Assembly: GCA_964016885.1 (NCBI GenBank)
Contig: OZ024760.1
Coordinates: 33,542,001 to 33,606,000, forward strand
Direction of reading: 5' to 3'
Origin: Eledone cirrhosa
Taxonomy: Eukaryota
Length of the DNA: 64,000 nt
Shown: positions 47,801-62,800 of the stretch, in pieces
How the letters are laid out: the number at the start of each line of letters is the position of its first letter
Numbering within the stretch: position 1 is the first letter of the stretch
Translations under genes and position numbers: made by a program
Notes under the pieces: model-generated
What the model was told of the DNA's origin: nothing
The model's input: the letters and a program-made list of their open reading frames with translations, nothing else
The model's database searches: none

Positions 47801-50800
47801 GATCTGGTGTGTTGTATGGGTGTAGATGTTGGCAATAAATACATCTGGTGTGTTGTATGGGTGTAAATGTCGGCAATAAATAGATCTGGTGTGTTGTAGG
47901 GTGTAGATGTTGGCAATAAATAGATCTGGTGTGTTGTATGGGTGTAAATGTTGGCAATAAATAGATCTGGTGTGTTGTATGGGTGTAGATGTTGGCAATA
48001 AATACATCTGGTTTGTTGTATGGGTGTAGATGTTGGCAATAAATAGATCTGGTGTGTTGTATGGGTGTAGATGTTGGCAATAAATACATCTGGTGTGTCG
48101 TATGGGTGTAGATGTTGGCAATAAATAGATCTAGTGTGTTGTAGGGGTGTAGATGTTGGCAATAAATACATCTGGTGTGTCGTATGAGTGTAAATGTTGG
48201 CAATCAATAGATCTGGTGTGTTGTAGGGTGTAGATGTTGGCAATAAATAGATCTGGTGTGTTGTAGGGTGTAGATGTTGGCAATAAATAGATCTGGTGTG
48301 TTGTATGGGTGTAAATGTTGGCAATAAATAGATCTGGTGTGTTGTATGGGTGTAGATGTTGGCAATAAATACATCTGGTTTGTTGTATGGGTGTAGATGT
48401 TGGCAATAAATAGATCTGGTGTGTTGTATGGGTGTAGATGTTGGCAATAAATACATCTGGTGTGTCGTATGGGTGTAGATGTTGGCAATAAATAGATCTA
48501 GTGTGTTGTAGGGGTGTAGATGTTGGCAATAAATACATCTGGTGTGTCGTATGAGTGTAAATGTTGGCAATCAATAGATCTGGTGTGTTGTAGGGTGTAG
48601 ATGTTGGCAATAAATAGATCTGATGTATCGTATGGGTGTAGATGTTGGCAATAAATACATCTGATGTGTTGTATGGGGTAGATGTTGGCAATAAATACAT
48701 CTGATGTGTCGTGTGGGTGTAGATGTTGGCAATAAATAGATCTGATGTGTTGTAGGGGTGTAGATGTTGGCAATAAATACGTCTGGTGTCATATGGGTGT
48801 AGATGTTGGCAATAAATACATCTAGTGTGTCGTATGGGTGTAGATGTTGGCAATAAATAGATCTGGTTTGTTGTATGGGTGTAAATGTTGGCAATAAATA
48901 GATCTGGTGTGTTGTAGGGTGTAGATGTTGGCAATAAATACATCTGGTGTGTCGTATGGGTGTAGATGTTGACAATAAATACATCTGGTGTGTCGTATGG
49001 GTGTAGATGTTGGCAATAAATAAATCTGGTTTGTTGTATGGGTGTAAATGTTGGCAATAAATAGATCTGGTGTGTTGTATGGGTGTAGATGTTGGCAATA
49101 AATAGATCTGGTATGTTGTATGGGTGTAGATGTTGGCAATAAATACATCTGGTGTGTCGTATGGGTGTAGATGTTGGCAATAAATACATCTGGTGTGTCG
49201 TATGGGTGTAGATGTTGGCAATAAATAGATCTGGTATGTTGTATGGGTGTAAATGTTGGCAATAAATAGATCTGGTGTGTTGTAGGGTGTAGATGTTGGC
49301 AATAAATAGATCTGGTGTGTTGTATGGGTGTAAATGTTGGCAATAAATAGATCTGGTGTGTTGTAGGGTGTAGATGTTGGCAATAAATAGATCTGGTGTG
49401 TTGTATGGGTGTAAATGTTGGCAATAAATAGATCTTGTGTGTTGTAGGGTGTAGATGTTGGCAATAAATAGATCTGGTGTGTTGTATGGGTGTAGATGTT
49501 GGCAATAAATACATCTGGTGTGTCGTATGGGTGTAGATGTTGGCAATAAATAGATCTAGTATGTTGTATGGGTGTAAATGTTGGCAATAAATAGATCTGG
49601 TGTGTTGTAGGGTGTAGATGTTGGCAATAAATAGATCTGGTGTGTTGTATGGGTGTAGATGTTGGCAATAAATAGATCTGGTGTGTTGTATGGGTGTAGA
49701 TGTTGGCAATAAATAGATCTGGTGTGTTGTAGGGTGTAGATGTTGGCAATAAATAGATCTGGTGTGTTGTATGGGTGTAAATGTTGGCAATAAATAGATC
49801 TGGTGTGTTGTAGGGTGTAGATGTTGGCAATAAATAGATCTGGTGTGTTGTATGGGTGTAAATGTTGGCAATAAATAGATCTGGTGTGTTGTAGGGTGTA
49901 GATGTTGGCTATAAATAGATCTGGTGTGTTGTAGGGGTGTAGATGTTGGCAATAAATAGATCTGGTGTGTTGTATGGGTGTAGATATTGGCAATAAATAG
50001 ATCTGGTGTGTTGTAGGGGCGTAGATCTTGGCAATAAATAGATCTGGTGTGTTGTATGGGTGTAGATGTTGGCAATAAATAGATCTGGTGTGTTGTAGGG
50101 GTGTAGATGTTGGCAATAAATAGATCTGGTGTGTCGTAGGGGTGTAGATGTTGGCAATAAATACATCTGGTGTGTTGTAGGGTGTAGATGTTGGCAATAA
50201 ATAGATCTGGTGTGTTGTATGGGTGTAGATGTTGGCAATAAATAGATCTGGTGTGTTGTATGGGTGTAGATGTTGGCAATAAATAGATCTGGTGTGTTGT
50301 ATGGGTGTAGATATTGGCAATAAATAGATCTGGTGTGTTGTATGGGTGTAGATGTTGGCAATAAATAGATCTGGTGTGTTGTAGGGGTGTAGATGTTGGC
50401 AATAAATAGATCTGGTGTGTTGTAGGGGTGTAGATGTTGGCAATAAATACATCTGGTGTGTCGTATGGGTGTAGATGTTGGCAATAAATACATCTGGTGT
50501 GTCGTATGGGTGTAGATGTTGGCAATAAATAGATCTGGTGTGTTGTAGGGGTGTAGATGTTGGCAATAAATAGATCTGGTGTGTTGTATGGGTGTAGATG
50601 TTGGCAATAAATACATCTGGTGTGTCGTATGGGTGTAGATGTTGGCAATAAATAGATCTGGTGTGTTGTATGGGTGTAGATGTTGGCAATAAATAGATCT
50701 GGTTTGTTGTATGGGTGTAAATGTTGGCAATAAATAGATCTGGTGTGTTGTATGGGTGTAGATGTTGGCAATAAATACATCTGGTGTGTTGTATGGGTGT

Positions 50801-53800
50801 AAATGTCGGCAATAAATAGATCTGGTGTGTTGTAGGGTGTAGATGTTGGCAATAAATAGATCTGGTGTGTTGTATGGGTGTAAATGTTGGCAATAAATAG
50901 ATCTGGTGTGTTGTATGGGTGTAGATGTTGGCAATAAATACATCTGGTTTGTTGTATGGGTGTAGATGTTGGCAATAAATAGATCTGGTGTGTTGTATGG
51001 GTGTAGATGTTGGCAATAAATACATCTGGTGTGTCGTATGGGTGTAGATGTTGGCAATAAATAGATCTAGTGTGTTGTAGGGGTGTAGATGTTGGCAATA
51101 AATACATCTGGTGTGTCGTATGAGTGTAAATGTTGGCAATCAATAGATCTGGTGTGTTGTAGGGTGTAGATGTTGGCAATAAATAGATCTGATGTATCGT
51201 ATGGGTGTAGATGTTGGCAATAAATACATCTGATGTGTTGTATGGGGTAGATGTTGGCAATAAATACATCTGATGTGTCGTGTGGGTGTAGATGTTGGCA
51301 ATAAATAGATCTGATGTGTTGTAGGGGTGTAGATGTTGGCAATAAATACGTCTGGTGTCATATGGGTGTAGATGTTGGCAATAAATACATCTAGTGTGTC
51401 GTATGGGTGTAGATGTTGGCAATAAATAGATCTGGTTTGTTGTATGGGTGTAAATGTTGGCAATAAATAGATCTGGTGTGTTGTAGGGTGTAGATGTTGG
51501 CTATAAATAGATCTGGTGTGTTGTAGGGGTGTAGATGTTGGCAATAAATAGATCTGGTGTGTTGTATGGGTGTAGATATTGGCAATAAATAGATCTGGTG
51601 TGTTGTAGGGGCGTAGATCTTGGCAATAAATAGATCTGGTGTGTTGTATGGGTGTAGATGTTGGCAATAAATAGATCTGGTGTGTTGTAGGGGTGTAGAT
51701 GTTGGCAATAAATAGATCTGGTGTGTCGTAGGGGTGTAGATGTTGGCAATAAATACATCTGGTGTGTTGTAGGGTGTAGATGTTGGCAATAAATAGATCT
51801 GGTGTGTTGTATGGGTGTAGATGTTGGCAATAAATAGATCTGGTGTGTTGTATGGGTGTAGATGTTGGCAATAAATAGATCTGGTGTGTTGTATGGGTGT
51901 AGATATTGGCAATAAATAGATCTGGTGTGTTGTATGGGTGTAGATGTTGGCAATAAATAGATCTGGTGTGTTGTAGGGGTGTAGATGTTGGCAATAAATA
52001 GATCTGGTGTGTTGTAGGGGTGTAGATGTTGGCAATAAATACATCTGGTGTGTCGTATGGGTGTAGATGTTGGCAATAAATACATCTGGTGTGTCGTATG
52101 GGTGTAGATGTTGGCAATAAATAGATCTGGTGTGTTGTAGGGGTGTAGATGTTGGCAATAAATAGATCTGGTGTGTTGTATGGGTGTAGATGTTGGCAAT
52201 AAATACATCTGGTGTGTCGTATGGGTGTAGATGTTGGCAATAAATAGATCTGGTGTGTTGTATGGGTGTAGATGTTGGCAATAAATAGATCTGGTTTGTT
52301 GTATGGGTGTAAATGTTGGCAATAAATAGATCTGGTGTGTTGTATGGGTGTAGATGTTGGCAATAAATACATCTGGTTTGTTGTATGGGTGTAGATGTTG
52401 GCAATAAATAGATCTGGTGTGTTGTATGGGTGTAGATGTTGGCAATAAATACATCTGGTGTGTCGTATGGGTGTAGATGTTGGCAATAAATAGATCTAGT
52501 GTGTTGTAGGGGTGTAGATGTTGGCAATAAATACATCTGGTGTGTCGTATGAGTGTAAATGTTGGCAATCAATAGATCTGGTGTGTTGTAGGGTGTAGAT
52601 GTTGGCAATAAATAGATCTGATGTATCGTATGGGTGTAGATGTTGGCAATAAATACATCTGATGTGTTGTATGGGGTAGATGTTGGCAATAAATACATCT
52701 GATGTGTCGTGTGGGTGTAGATGTTGGCAATAAATAGATCTGATGTGTTGTAGGGGTGTAGATGTTGGCAATAAATACGTCTGGTGTCATATGGGTGTAG
52801 ATGTTGGCAATAAATAAATCTGGTTTGTTGTATGGGTGTAAATGTTGGCAATAAATAGATCTGGTGTGTTGTATGGGTGTAGATGTTGGCAATAAATAGA
52901 TCTGGTATGTTGTATGGGTGTAGATGTTGGCAATAAATACATCTGGTGTGTCGTATGGGTGTAGATGTTGGCAATAAATACACCTGGTGTGTCGTATGGG
53001 TGTAGATGTTGGCAATAAATAGATCTGGTATGTTGTATGGGTGTAAATGTTGGCAATAAATAGATCTGGTGTGTTGTAGGGTGTAGATGTTGGCAATAAA
53101 TAGATCTGGTGTGTTGTATGGGTGTAGATGTTGGCAATAAATAGATCTGGTGTGTTGTATGGGTGTAGATGTTGGCAATAAATAGATCTGGTGTGTTGTA
53201 GGGTGTAGATGTTGGCAATAAATAGATCTGGTGTGTTGTATGGGTGTAAATGTTGGCAATAAATAGATCTGGTGTGTTGTAGGGTGTAGATGTTGGCAAT
53301 AAATAGATCTGGTGTGTTGTATGGGTGTAAATGTTGGCAATAAATAGATCTGGTGTGTTGTAGGGTGTAGATGTTGGCAATAAATAGATCTGGTGTGTTG
53401 TATGGGTGTAGATGTTGGCAATAAATACATCTGGTGTGTCGTATGGGTGTAGATATTGGCAATAAATAGATCTAGTATGTTGTATGGGTGTAAATGTTGG
53501 CAATAAATAGATCTGGTGTGTTGTAGGGTGTAGATGTTGGCAATAAATAGATCTGGTGTGTTGTATGGGTGTAGATGTTGGCAATAAATAGATCTGGTGT
53601 GTTGTATGGGTGTAGATGTTGGCAATAAATAGATCTGGTGTGTTGTATGGGTGTAAATGTTGGCAATAAATAGATCTGGTGTGTTGTAGGGTGTAGATGT
53701 TGGCTATAAATAGATCTGGTGTGTTGTAGGGGTGTAGATGTTGGCAATAAATAGATCTGGTGTGTTGTATGGGTGTAGATATTGGCAATAAATAGATCTG

Positions 53801-56800
53801 GTGTGTTGTAGGGGCGTAGATCTTGGCAATAAATAGATCTGGTGTGTTGTATGGGTGTAGATGTTGGCAATAAATAGATCTGGTGTGTTGTAGGGGTGTA
53901 GATGTTGGCAATAAATAGATCTGGTGTGTTGTAGGGGTGTAGATGTTGGCAATAAATAGATCTGGTGTGTCGTAGGGGTGTAGATGTTGGCAATAAATAC
54001 ATCTGGTGTGTTTGAGGGTGTAGATGTTGGCAATAAATAGATCTGGTGTGTTGTATGGGTGTAGATGTTGGCAATAAATAGATCTGGTGTGTTGTATGGG
54101 TGTAGATGTTGGCAATAAATAGATCTGGTGTGTTGTATGGGTGTAGATGTTGGCAATAAATACATCTGGTGTGTCGTATGGGTGTAGATGTTGGCAATAA
54201 ATACATCTGGTGTGTCGTATGGGTGTAGATGTTGGCAATAAATAGATCTGGTGTGTTGTAGGGGTGTAGATGTTGGCAATAAATAGATCTGGTGTGTTGT
54301 ATGGGTGTAGATGTTGGCAATAAATACATCTGGTGTGTCGTATGGGTGTAGATGTTGGCAATAAATAGATCTGGTGTGTTGTATGGGTGTAGATGTTGGC
54401 AATAAATAGATCTGGTTTGTTGTATGGGTGTAAATGTTGGCAATAAATAGATCTGGTGTGTTGTATGGGTGTAGATGTTGGCAATAAATACATCTGGTGT
54501 GTTGTATGGGTGTAGATGTTGGCAATAAATACATCTGGTGTGCCGTATGGGTGTAAATGTTGGCAATAAATACATCTGGTGTGTTGTATGGGTGTAGATG
54601 TTGGCAATAAATACATCTGGTGTGTTGTATGGGTGTAGATGTTGGCAATAAATAGATCTGGTGTGTTGTAGGGTGTAGATGTTGGCAATAAATAGATCTG
54701 GTGTGTTGTATGGGTGTAGATGTTGGCAATAAATAGATCTGGTGTGTTGTATGGGTGTAGATGTTGGCAATAAATAGATCTGGTGTGTTGTAGGGTGTAG
54801 ATGTTGGCAATAATTAGATCTGGTGTGTTGTATGGGTGTAAATGTTGGCAATAAATAGATCTGGTGTGTTGTAGGGTGTAGATGTTGGCAATAAATAGAT
54901 CTGGTGTGTTGTATGGGTGTAAATGTTGGCAATAAATAGATCTGGTGTGTTGTAGGGTGTAGATGTTGGCAATAAATAGATCTGGTGTGTTGTATGGGTG
55001 TAAATGTTGGCAATAAATAGATCTGGTGTGTTGTAGGGTGTAGATGTTGGCTATAAATAGATCTGGTGTGTTGTAGGGGTGTAGATGTTGGCAATAAATA
55101 GATCTGGTGTGTTGTATGGGTGTAGATATTGGCAATAAATAGATCTGGTGTGTTGTAGGGGCGCAGATCTTGGCAATAAATAGATCTGGTGTGTTGTATG
55201 GGTGTAGATGTTGGCAATAAATAGATCTGGTGTGTTGTAGGGGTGTAGATGTTGGCAATAAATAGATCTGGTGTGTTGTAGGGGTGTAGATGTTGGCAAT
55301 AAATAGATCTGGTGTGTCGTAGGGGTGTAGATGTTGGCAATAAATACATCTGGTGTGTTGTAGGGTGTAGATGTTGGCAATAAATAGATCTGGTGTGTTG
55401 TATGGGTGTAGATGTTGGCAATAAATAGATCTGGTGTGTTGTATGGGTGTAGATGTTGGCAATAAATAGATCTGGTGTGTTGTATGGGTGTAGATATTGG
55501 CAATAAATAGATCTGGTGTGTTGTATGGGTGTAGATGTTGGCAATAAATAGATCTGGTGTGTTGTAGGGGTGTAGATGTTGGCAATAAATAGATCTGGTG
55601 TGTTGTAGGGGTGTAGATGTTGGCAATAAATACATCTGGTGTGTCGTATGGGTGTAGATGTTGGCAATAAATACATCTGGTGTGTCGTATGGGTGTAGAT
55701 GTTGGCAATAAATAGATCTGGTGTGTTGTAGGGGTGTAGATGTTGGCAATAAATAGATCTGGTGTGTTGTATGGGTGTAGATGTTGGCAATAAATACATC
55801 TGGTGTGTCGTATGGGTGTAGATGTTGGCAATAAATAGATCTGGTGTGTTGTATGGGTGTAGATGTTGGCAATAAATAGATCTGGTTTGTTGTATGGGTG
55901 TAAATGTTGGCAATAAATAGATCTGGTGTGTTGTATGGGTGTAGATGTTGGCAATAAATACATCTGGTGTGTTGTATGGGTGTAAATGTCGGCAATAAAT
56001 AGATCTGGTGTGTTGTAGGGTGTAGATGTTGGCAATAAATAGATCTGGTGTGTTGTATGGGTGTAAATGTTGGCAATAAATAGATCTGGTGTGTTGTATG
56101 GGTGTAGATGTTGGCAATAAATACATCTGGTTTGTTGTATGGGTGTAGATGTTGGCAATAAATAGATCTGGTGTGTTGTATGGGTGTAGATGTTGGCAAT
56201 AAATACATCTGGTGTGTCGTATGGGTGTAGATGTTGGCAATAAATAGATCTAGTGTGTTGTAGGGGTGTAGATGTTGGCAATAAATACATCTGGTGTGTC
56301 GTATGAGTGTAAATGTTGGCAATCAATAGATCTGGTGTGTTGTAGGGTGTAGATGTTGGCAATAAATAGATCTGATGTATCGTATGGGTGTAGATGTTGG
56401 CAATAAATACATCTGATGTGTTGTATGGGGTAGATGTTGGCAATAAATACATCTGATGTGTCGTGTGGGTGTAGATGTTGGCAATAAATAGATCTGATGT
56501 GTTGTAGGGGTGTAGATGTTGGCAATAAATACGTCTGGTGTCATATGGGTGTAGATGTTGGCAATAAATACATCTAGTGTGTCGTATGGGTGTAGATGTT
56601 GGCAATAAATAGATCTGGTTTGTTGTATGGGTGTAAATGTTGGCAATAAATAGATCTGGTGTGTTGTAGGGTGTAGATGTTGGCAATAAATACATCTGGT
56701 GTGTCGTATGGGTGTAGATGTTGACAATAAATACATCTGGTGTGTCGTATGGGTGTAGATGTTGGCAATAAATAAATCTGGTTTGTTGTATGGGTGTAAA

Positions 56801-59800
56801 TGTTGGCAATAAATAGATCTGGTGTGTTGTATGGGTGTAGATGTTGGCAATAAATAGATCTGGTATGTTGTATGGGTGTAGATGTTGGCAATAAATACAT
56901 CTGGTGTGTCGTATGGGTGTAGATGTTGGCAATAAATACATCTGGTGTGTCGTATGGGTGTAGATGTTGGCAATAAATAGATCTGGTATGTTGTATGGGT
57001 GTAAATGTTGGCAATAAATAGATCTGGTGTGTTGTAGGGTGTAGATGTTGGCAATAAATAGATCTGGTGTGTTGTATGGGTGTAGATGTTGGCAATAAAT
57101 AGATCTGGTGTGTTGTATGGGTGTAGATGTTGGCAATAAATAGATCTGGTGTGTTGTAGGGTGTAGATGTTGGCAATAAATAGATCTGGTGTGTTGTATG
57201 GGTGTAAATGTTGGCAATAAATAGATCTGGTGTGTTGTAGGGTGTAGATGTTGGCAATAAATAGATCTGGTGTGTTGTATGGGTGTAAATGTTGGCAATA
57301 AATAGATCTGGTGTGTTGTAGGGTGTAGATGTTGGCAATAAATAGATCTGGTGTGTTGTATGGGTGTAGATGTTGGCAATAAATACATCTGGTGTGTCGT
57401 ATGGGTGTAGATGTTGGCAATAAATAGATCTAGTATGTTGTATGGGTGTAAATGTTGGCAATAAATAGATCTGGTGTGTTGTAGGGTGTAGATGTTGGCA
57501 ATAAATAGATCTGGTGTGTTGTATGGGTGTAGATGTTGGCAATAAATAGATCTGGTGTGTTGTATGGGTGTAGATGTTGGCAATATATAGATCTGGTGTG
57601 TTGTAGGGTGTAGATGTTGGCAATAAATAGATCTGGTGTGTTGTATGGGTGTAAATGTTGGCAATAAATAGATCTGGTGTGTTGTAGGGTGTAGATGTTG
57701 GCAATAAATAGATCTGGTGTGTTGTATGGATGTAAATGTTGGCAATAAATAGATCTGGTGTGTTGTAGGGTGTAGATGTTGGCTATAAATAGATCTGGTG
57801 TGTTGTAGGGGTGTAGATGTTGGCAATAAATAGATCTGGTGTGCTGTATGGGTGTAGATATTGGCAATAAATAGATCTGGTGTGTTGTAGGGGCGTAGAT
57901 CTTGGCAATAAATAGATCTGGTGTGTTGTATGGGTGTAGATGTTGGCAATAAATAGATCTGGTGTGTTGTAGGGGTGTAGATGTTGGCAATAAATAGATC
58001 TGGTGTGTTGTAGGGGTGTAGATGTTGGCAATAAATAGATCTGGTGTGTCGTAGGGGTGTAGATGTTGGCAATAAATACATCTGGTGTGTTGGAGGGTGT
58101 AGATGTTGGCAATAAATAGATCTGGTGTGTTGTATGGGTGTAGATGTTGGCAATAAATAGATCTGGTGTGTTGTATGGGTGTAGATGTTGGCAATAAATA
58201 GATCTGGTGTGTTGTATGGGTGTAGATGTTGGCAATAAATACATCTGGTGTGTCGTATGGGTGTAGATGTTGGCAATAAATACATCTGGTGTGTCGTATG
58301 GGTGTAGATGTTGGCAATAAATAGATCTGGTGTGTTGTAGGGGTGTAGATGTTGGCAATAAATAGATCTGGTGTGTTGTATGGGTGTAGATGTTGGCAAT
58401 AAATACATCTGGTGTGTCGTATGGGTGTAGATGTTGGCAATAAATAGATCTGGTGTGTTGTATGGGTGTAGATGTTGGCAATAAATAGATCTGGTTTGTT
58501 GTATGGGTGTAAATGTTGGCAATAAATAGATCTGGTGTGTTGTATGGGTGTAGATGTTGGCAATAAATACATCTGGTGTGTTGTATGGGTGTAGATGTTG
58601 GCAATAAATACATCTGGTGTGCCGTATGGGTGTAAATGTTGGCAATAAATACATCTGGTGTGTTGTATGGGTGTAGATGTTGGCAATAAATACATCTGGT
58701 GTGTTGTATGGGTGTAGATGTTGGCAATAAATAGATCTGGTGTGTTGTAGGGTGTAGATGTTGGCAATAAATAGATCTGGTGTGTTGTATGGGTGTAGAT
58801 GTTGGCAATAAATAGATCTGGTGTGTTGTATGGGTGTAGATGTTGGCAATAAATAGATCTGGTGTGTTGTAGGGTGTAGATGTTGGCAATAATTAGATCT
58901 GGTGTGTTGTATGGGTGTAAATGTTGGCAATAAATAGATCTGGTGTGTTGTAGGGTGTAGATGTTGGCAATAAATAGATCTGGTGTGTTGTATGGGTGTA
59001 AATGTTGGCAATAAATAGATCTGGTGTGTTGTAGGGTGTAGATGTTGGCAATAAATAGATCTGGTGTGTTGTATGGGTGTAAATGTTGGCAATAAATAGA
59101 TCTGGTGTGTTGTAGGGTGTAGATGTTGGCTATAAATAGATCTGGTGTGTTGTAGGGGTGTAGATGTTGGCAATAAATAGATCTGGTGTGTTGTATGGGT
59201 GTAGATATTGGCAATAAATAGATCTGGTGTGTTGTAGGGGCGCAGATCTTGGCAATAAATAGATCTGGTGTGTTGTATGGGTGTAGATGTTGGCAATAAA
59301 TAGATCTGGTGTGTTGTAGGGGTGTAGATGTTGGCAATAAATAGATCTGGTGTGTTGTAGGGGTGTAGATGTTGGCAATAAATAGATCTGGTGTGTCGTA
59401 GGGGTGTAGATGTTGGCAATAAATACATCTGGTGTGTTGTAGGGTGTAGATGTTGGCAATAAATAGATCTGGTGTGTTGTATGGGTGTAGATGTTGGCAA
59501 TAAATAGATCTGGTGTGTTGTATGGGTGTAGATGTTGGCAATAAATAGATCTGGTGTGTTGTATGGGTGTAGATATTGGCAATAAATAGATCTGGTGTGT
59601 TGTATGGGTGTAGATGTTGGCAATAAATAGATCTGGTGTGTTGTAGGGGTGTAGATGTTGGCAATAAATAGATCTGGTGTGTTGTAGGGGTGTAGATGTT
59701 GGCAATAAATACATCTGGTGTGTCGTATGGGTGTAGATGTTGGCAATAAATACATCTGGTGTGTCGTATGGGTGTAGATGTTGGCAATAAATAGATCTGG

Positions 59801-62800
59801 TGTGTTGTAGGGGTGTAGATGTTGGCAATAAATAGATCTGGTGTGTTGTATGGGTGTAGATGTTGGCAATAAATACATCTGGTGTGTCGTATGGGTGTAG
59901 ATGTTGGCAATAAATAGATCTGGTGTGTTGTATGGGTGTAGATGTTGGCAATAAATAGATCTGGTTTGTTGTATGGGTGTAAATGTTGGCAATAAATAGA
60001 TCTGGTGTGTTGTATGGGTGTAGATGTTGGCAATAAATACATCTGGTGTGTTGTATGGGTGTAAATGTCGGCAATAAATAGATCTGGTGTGTTGTAGGGT
60101 GTAGATGTTGGCAATAAATAGATCTGGTGTGTTGTATGGGTGTAAATGTTGGCAATAAATAGATCTGGTGTGTTGTATGGGTGTAGATGTTGGCAATAAA
60201 TACATCTGGTTTGTTGTATGGGTGTAGATGTTGGCAATAAATAGATCTGGTGTGTTGTATGGGTGTAGATGTTGGCAATAAATACATCTGGTGTGTCGTA
60301 TGGGTGTAGATGTTGGCAATAAATAGATCTAGTGTGTTGTAGGGGTGTAGATGTTGGCAATAAATACATCTGGTGTGTCGTATGAGTGTAAATGTTGGCA
60401 ATCAATAGATCTGGTGTGTTGTAGGGTGTAGATGTTGGCAATAAATAGATCTGATGTATCGTATGGGTGTAGATGTTGGCAATAAATACATCTGATGTGT
60501 TGTATGGGGTAGATGTTGGCAATAAATACATCTGATGTGTCGTGTGGGTGTAGATGTTGGCAATAAATAGATCTGATGTGTTGTAGGGGTGTAGATGTTG
60601 GCAATAAATACGTCTGGTGTCATATGGGTGTAGATGTTGGCAATAAATACATCTAGTGTGTCGTATGGGTGTAGATGTTGGCAATAAATAGATCTGGTTT
60701 GTTGTATGGGTGTAAATGTTGGCAATAAATAGATCTGGTGTGTTGTAGGGTGTAGATGTTGGCAATAAATACATCTGGTGTGTCGTATGGGTGTAGATGT
60801 TGACAATAAATACATCTGGTGTGTCGTATGGGTGTAGATGTTGGCAATAAATAAATCTGGTTTGTTGTATGGGTGTAAATGTTGGCAATAAATAGATCTG
60901 GTGTGTTGTATGGGTGTAGATGTTGGCAATAAATAGATCTGGTATGTTGTATGGGTGTAGATGTTGGCAATAAATACATCTGGTGTGTCGTATGGGTGTA
61001 GATGTTGGCAATAAATACATCTGGTGTGTCGTATGGGTGTAGATGTTGGCAATAAATAGATCTGGTATGTTGTATGGGTGTAAATGTTGGCAATAAATAG
61101 ATCTGGTGTGTTGTAGGGTGTAGATGTTGGCAATAAATAGATCTGGTGTGTTGTATGGGTGTAGATGTTGGCAATAAATAGATCTGGTGTGTTGTATGGG
61201 TGTAGATGTTGGCAATAAATAGATCTGGTGTGTTGTAGGGTGTAGATGTTGGCAATAAATAGATCTGGTGTGTTGTATGGGTGTAAATGTTGGCAATAAA
61301 TAGATCTGGTGTGTTGTAGGGTGTAGATGTTGGCAATAAATAGATCTGGTGTGTTGTATGGGTGTAAATGTTGGCAATAAATAGATCTGGTGTGTTGTAG
61401 GGTGTAGATGTTGGCAATAAATAGATCTGGTGTGTTGTATGGGTGTAGATGTTGGCAATAAATACATCTGGTGTGTCGTATGGGTGTAGATGTTGGCAAT
61501 AAATAGATCTAGTATGTTGTATGGGTGTAAATGTTGGCAATAAATAGATCTGGTGTGTTGTAGGGTGTAGATGTTGGCAATAAATAGATCTGGTGTGTTG
61601 TATGGGTGTAGATGTTGGCAATAAATAGATCTGGTGTGTTGTATGGGTGTAGATGTTGGCAATATATAGATCTGGTGTGTTGTAGGGTGTAGATGTTGGC
61701 AATAAATAGATCTGGTGTGTTGTATGGGTGTAAATGTTGGCAATAAATAGATCTGGTGTGTTGTAGGGTGTAGATGTTGGCAATAAATAGATCTGGTGTG
61801 TTGTATGGGTGTAAATGTTGGCAATAAATAGATCTGGTGTGTTGTAGGGTGTAGATGTTGGCTATAAATAGATCTGGTGTGTTGTAGGGGTGTAGATGTT
61901 GGCAATAAATAGATCTGGTGTGCTGTATGGGTGTAGATATTGGCAATAAATAGATCTGGTGTGTTGTAGGGGCGTAGATCTTGGCAATAAATAGATCTGG
62001 TGTGTTGTATGGGTGTAGATGTTGGCAATAAATAGATCTGGTGTGTTGTAGGGGTGTAGATGTTGGCAATAAATAGATCTGGTGTGTTGTAGGGGTGTAG
62101 ATGTTGGCAATAAATAGATCTGGTGTGTCGTAGGGGTGTAGATGTTGGCAATAAATACATCTGGTGTGTTGGAGGGTGTAGATGTTGGCAATAAATAGAT
62201 CTGGTGTGTTGTATGGGTGTAGATGTTGGCAATAAATAGATCTGGTGTGTTGTATGGGTGTAGATGTTGGCAATAAATAGATCTGGTGTGTTGTATGGGT
62301 GTAGATGTTGGCAATAAATACATCTGGTGTGTCGTATGGGTGTAGATGTTGGCAATAAATACATCTGGTGTGTCGTATGGGTGTAGATGTTGGCAATAAA
62401 TAGATCTGGTGTGTTGTAGGGGTGTAGATGTTGGCAATAAATAGATCTGGTGTGTTGTATGGGTGTAGATGTTGGCAATAAATACATCTGGTGTGTCGTA
62501 TGGGTGTAGATGTTGGCAATAAATAGATCTGGTGTGTTGTATGGGTGTAGATGTTGGCAATAAATAGATCTGGTTTGTTGTATGGGTGTAAATGTTGGCA
62601 ATAAATAGATCTGGTGTGTTGTATGGGTGTAGATGTTGGCAATAAATACATCTGGTGTGTCGTATGGGTGTAGATGTTGGCAATAAATAAATCTGGTTTG
62701 TTGTATGGGTGTAAATGTTGGCAATAAATAGATCTGGTGTGTTGTATGGGTGTAGATGTTGGCAATAAATAGATCTGGTATGTTGTATGGGTGTAGATGT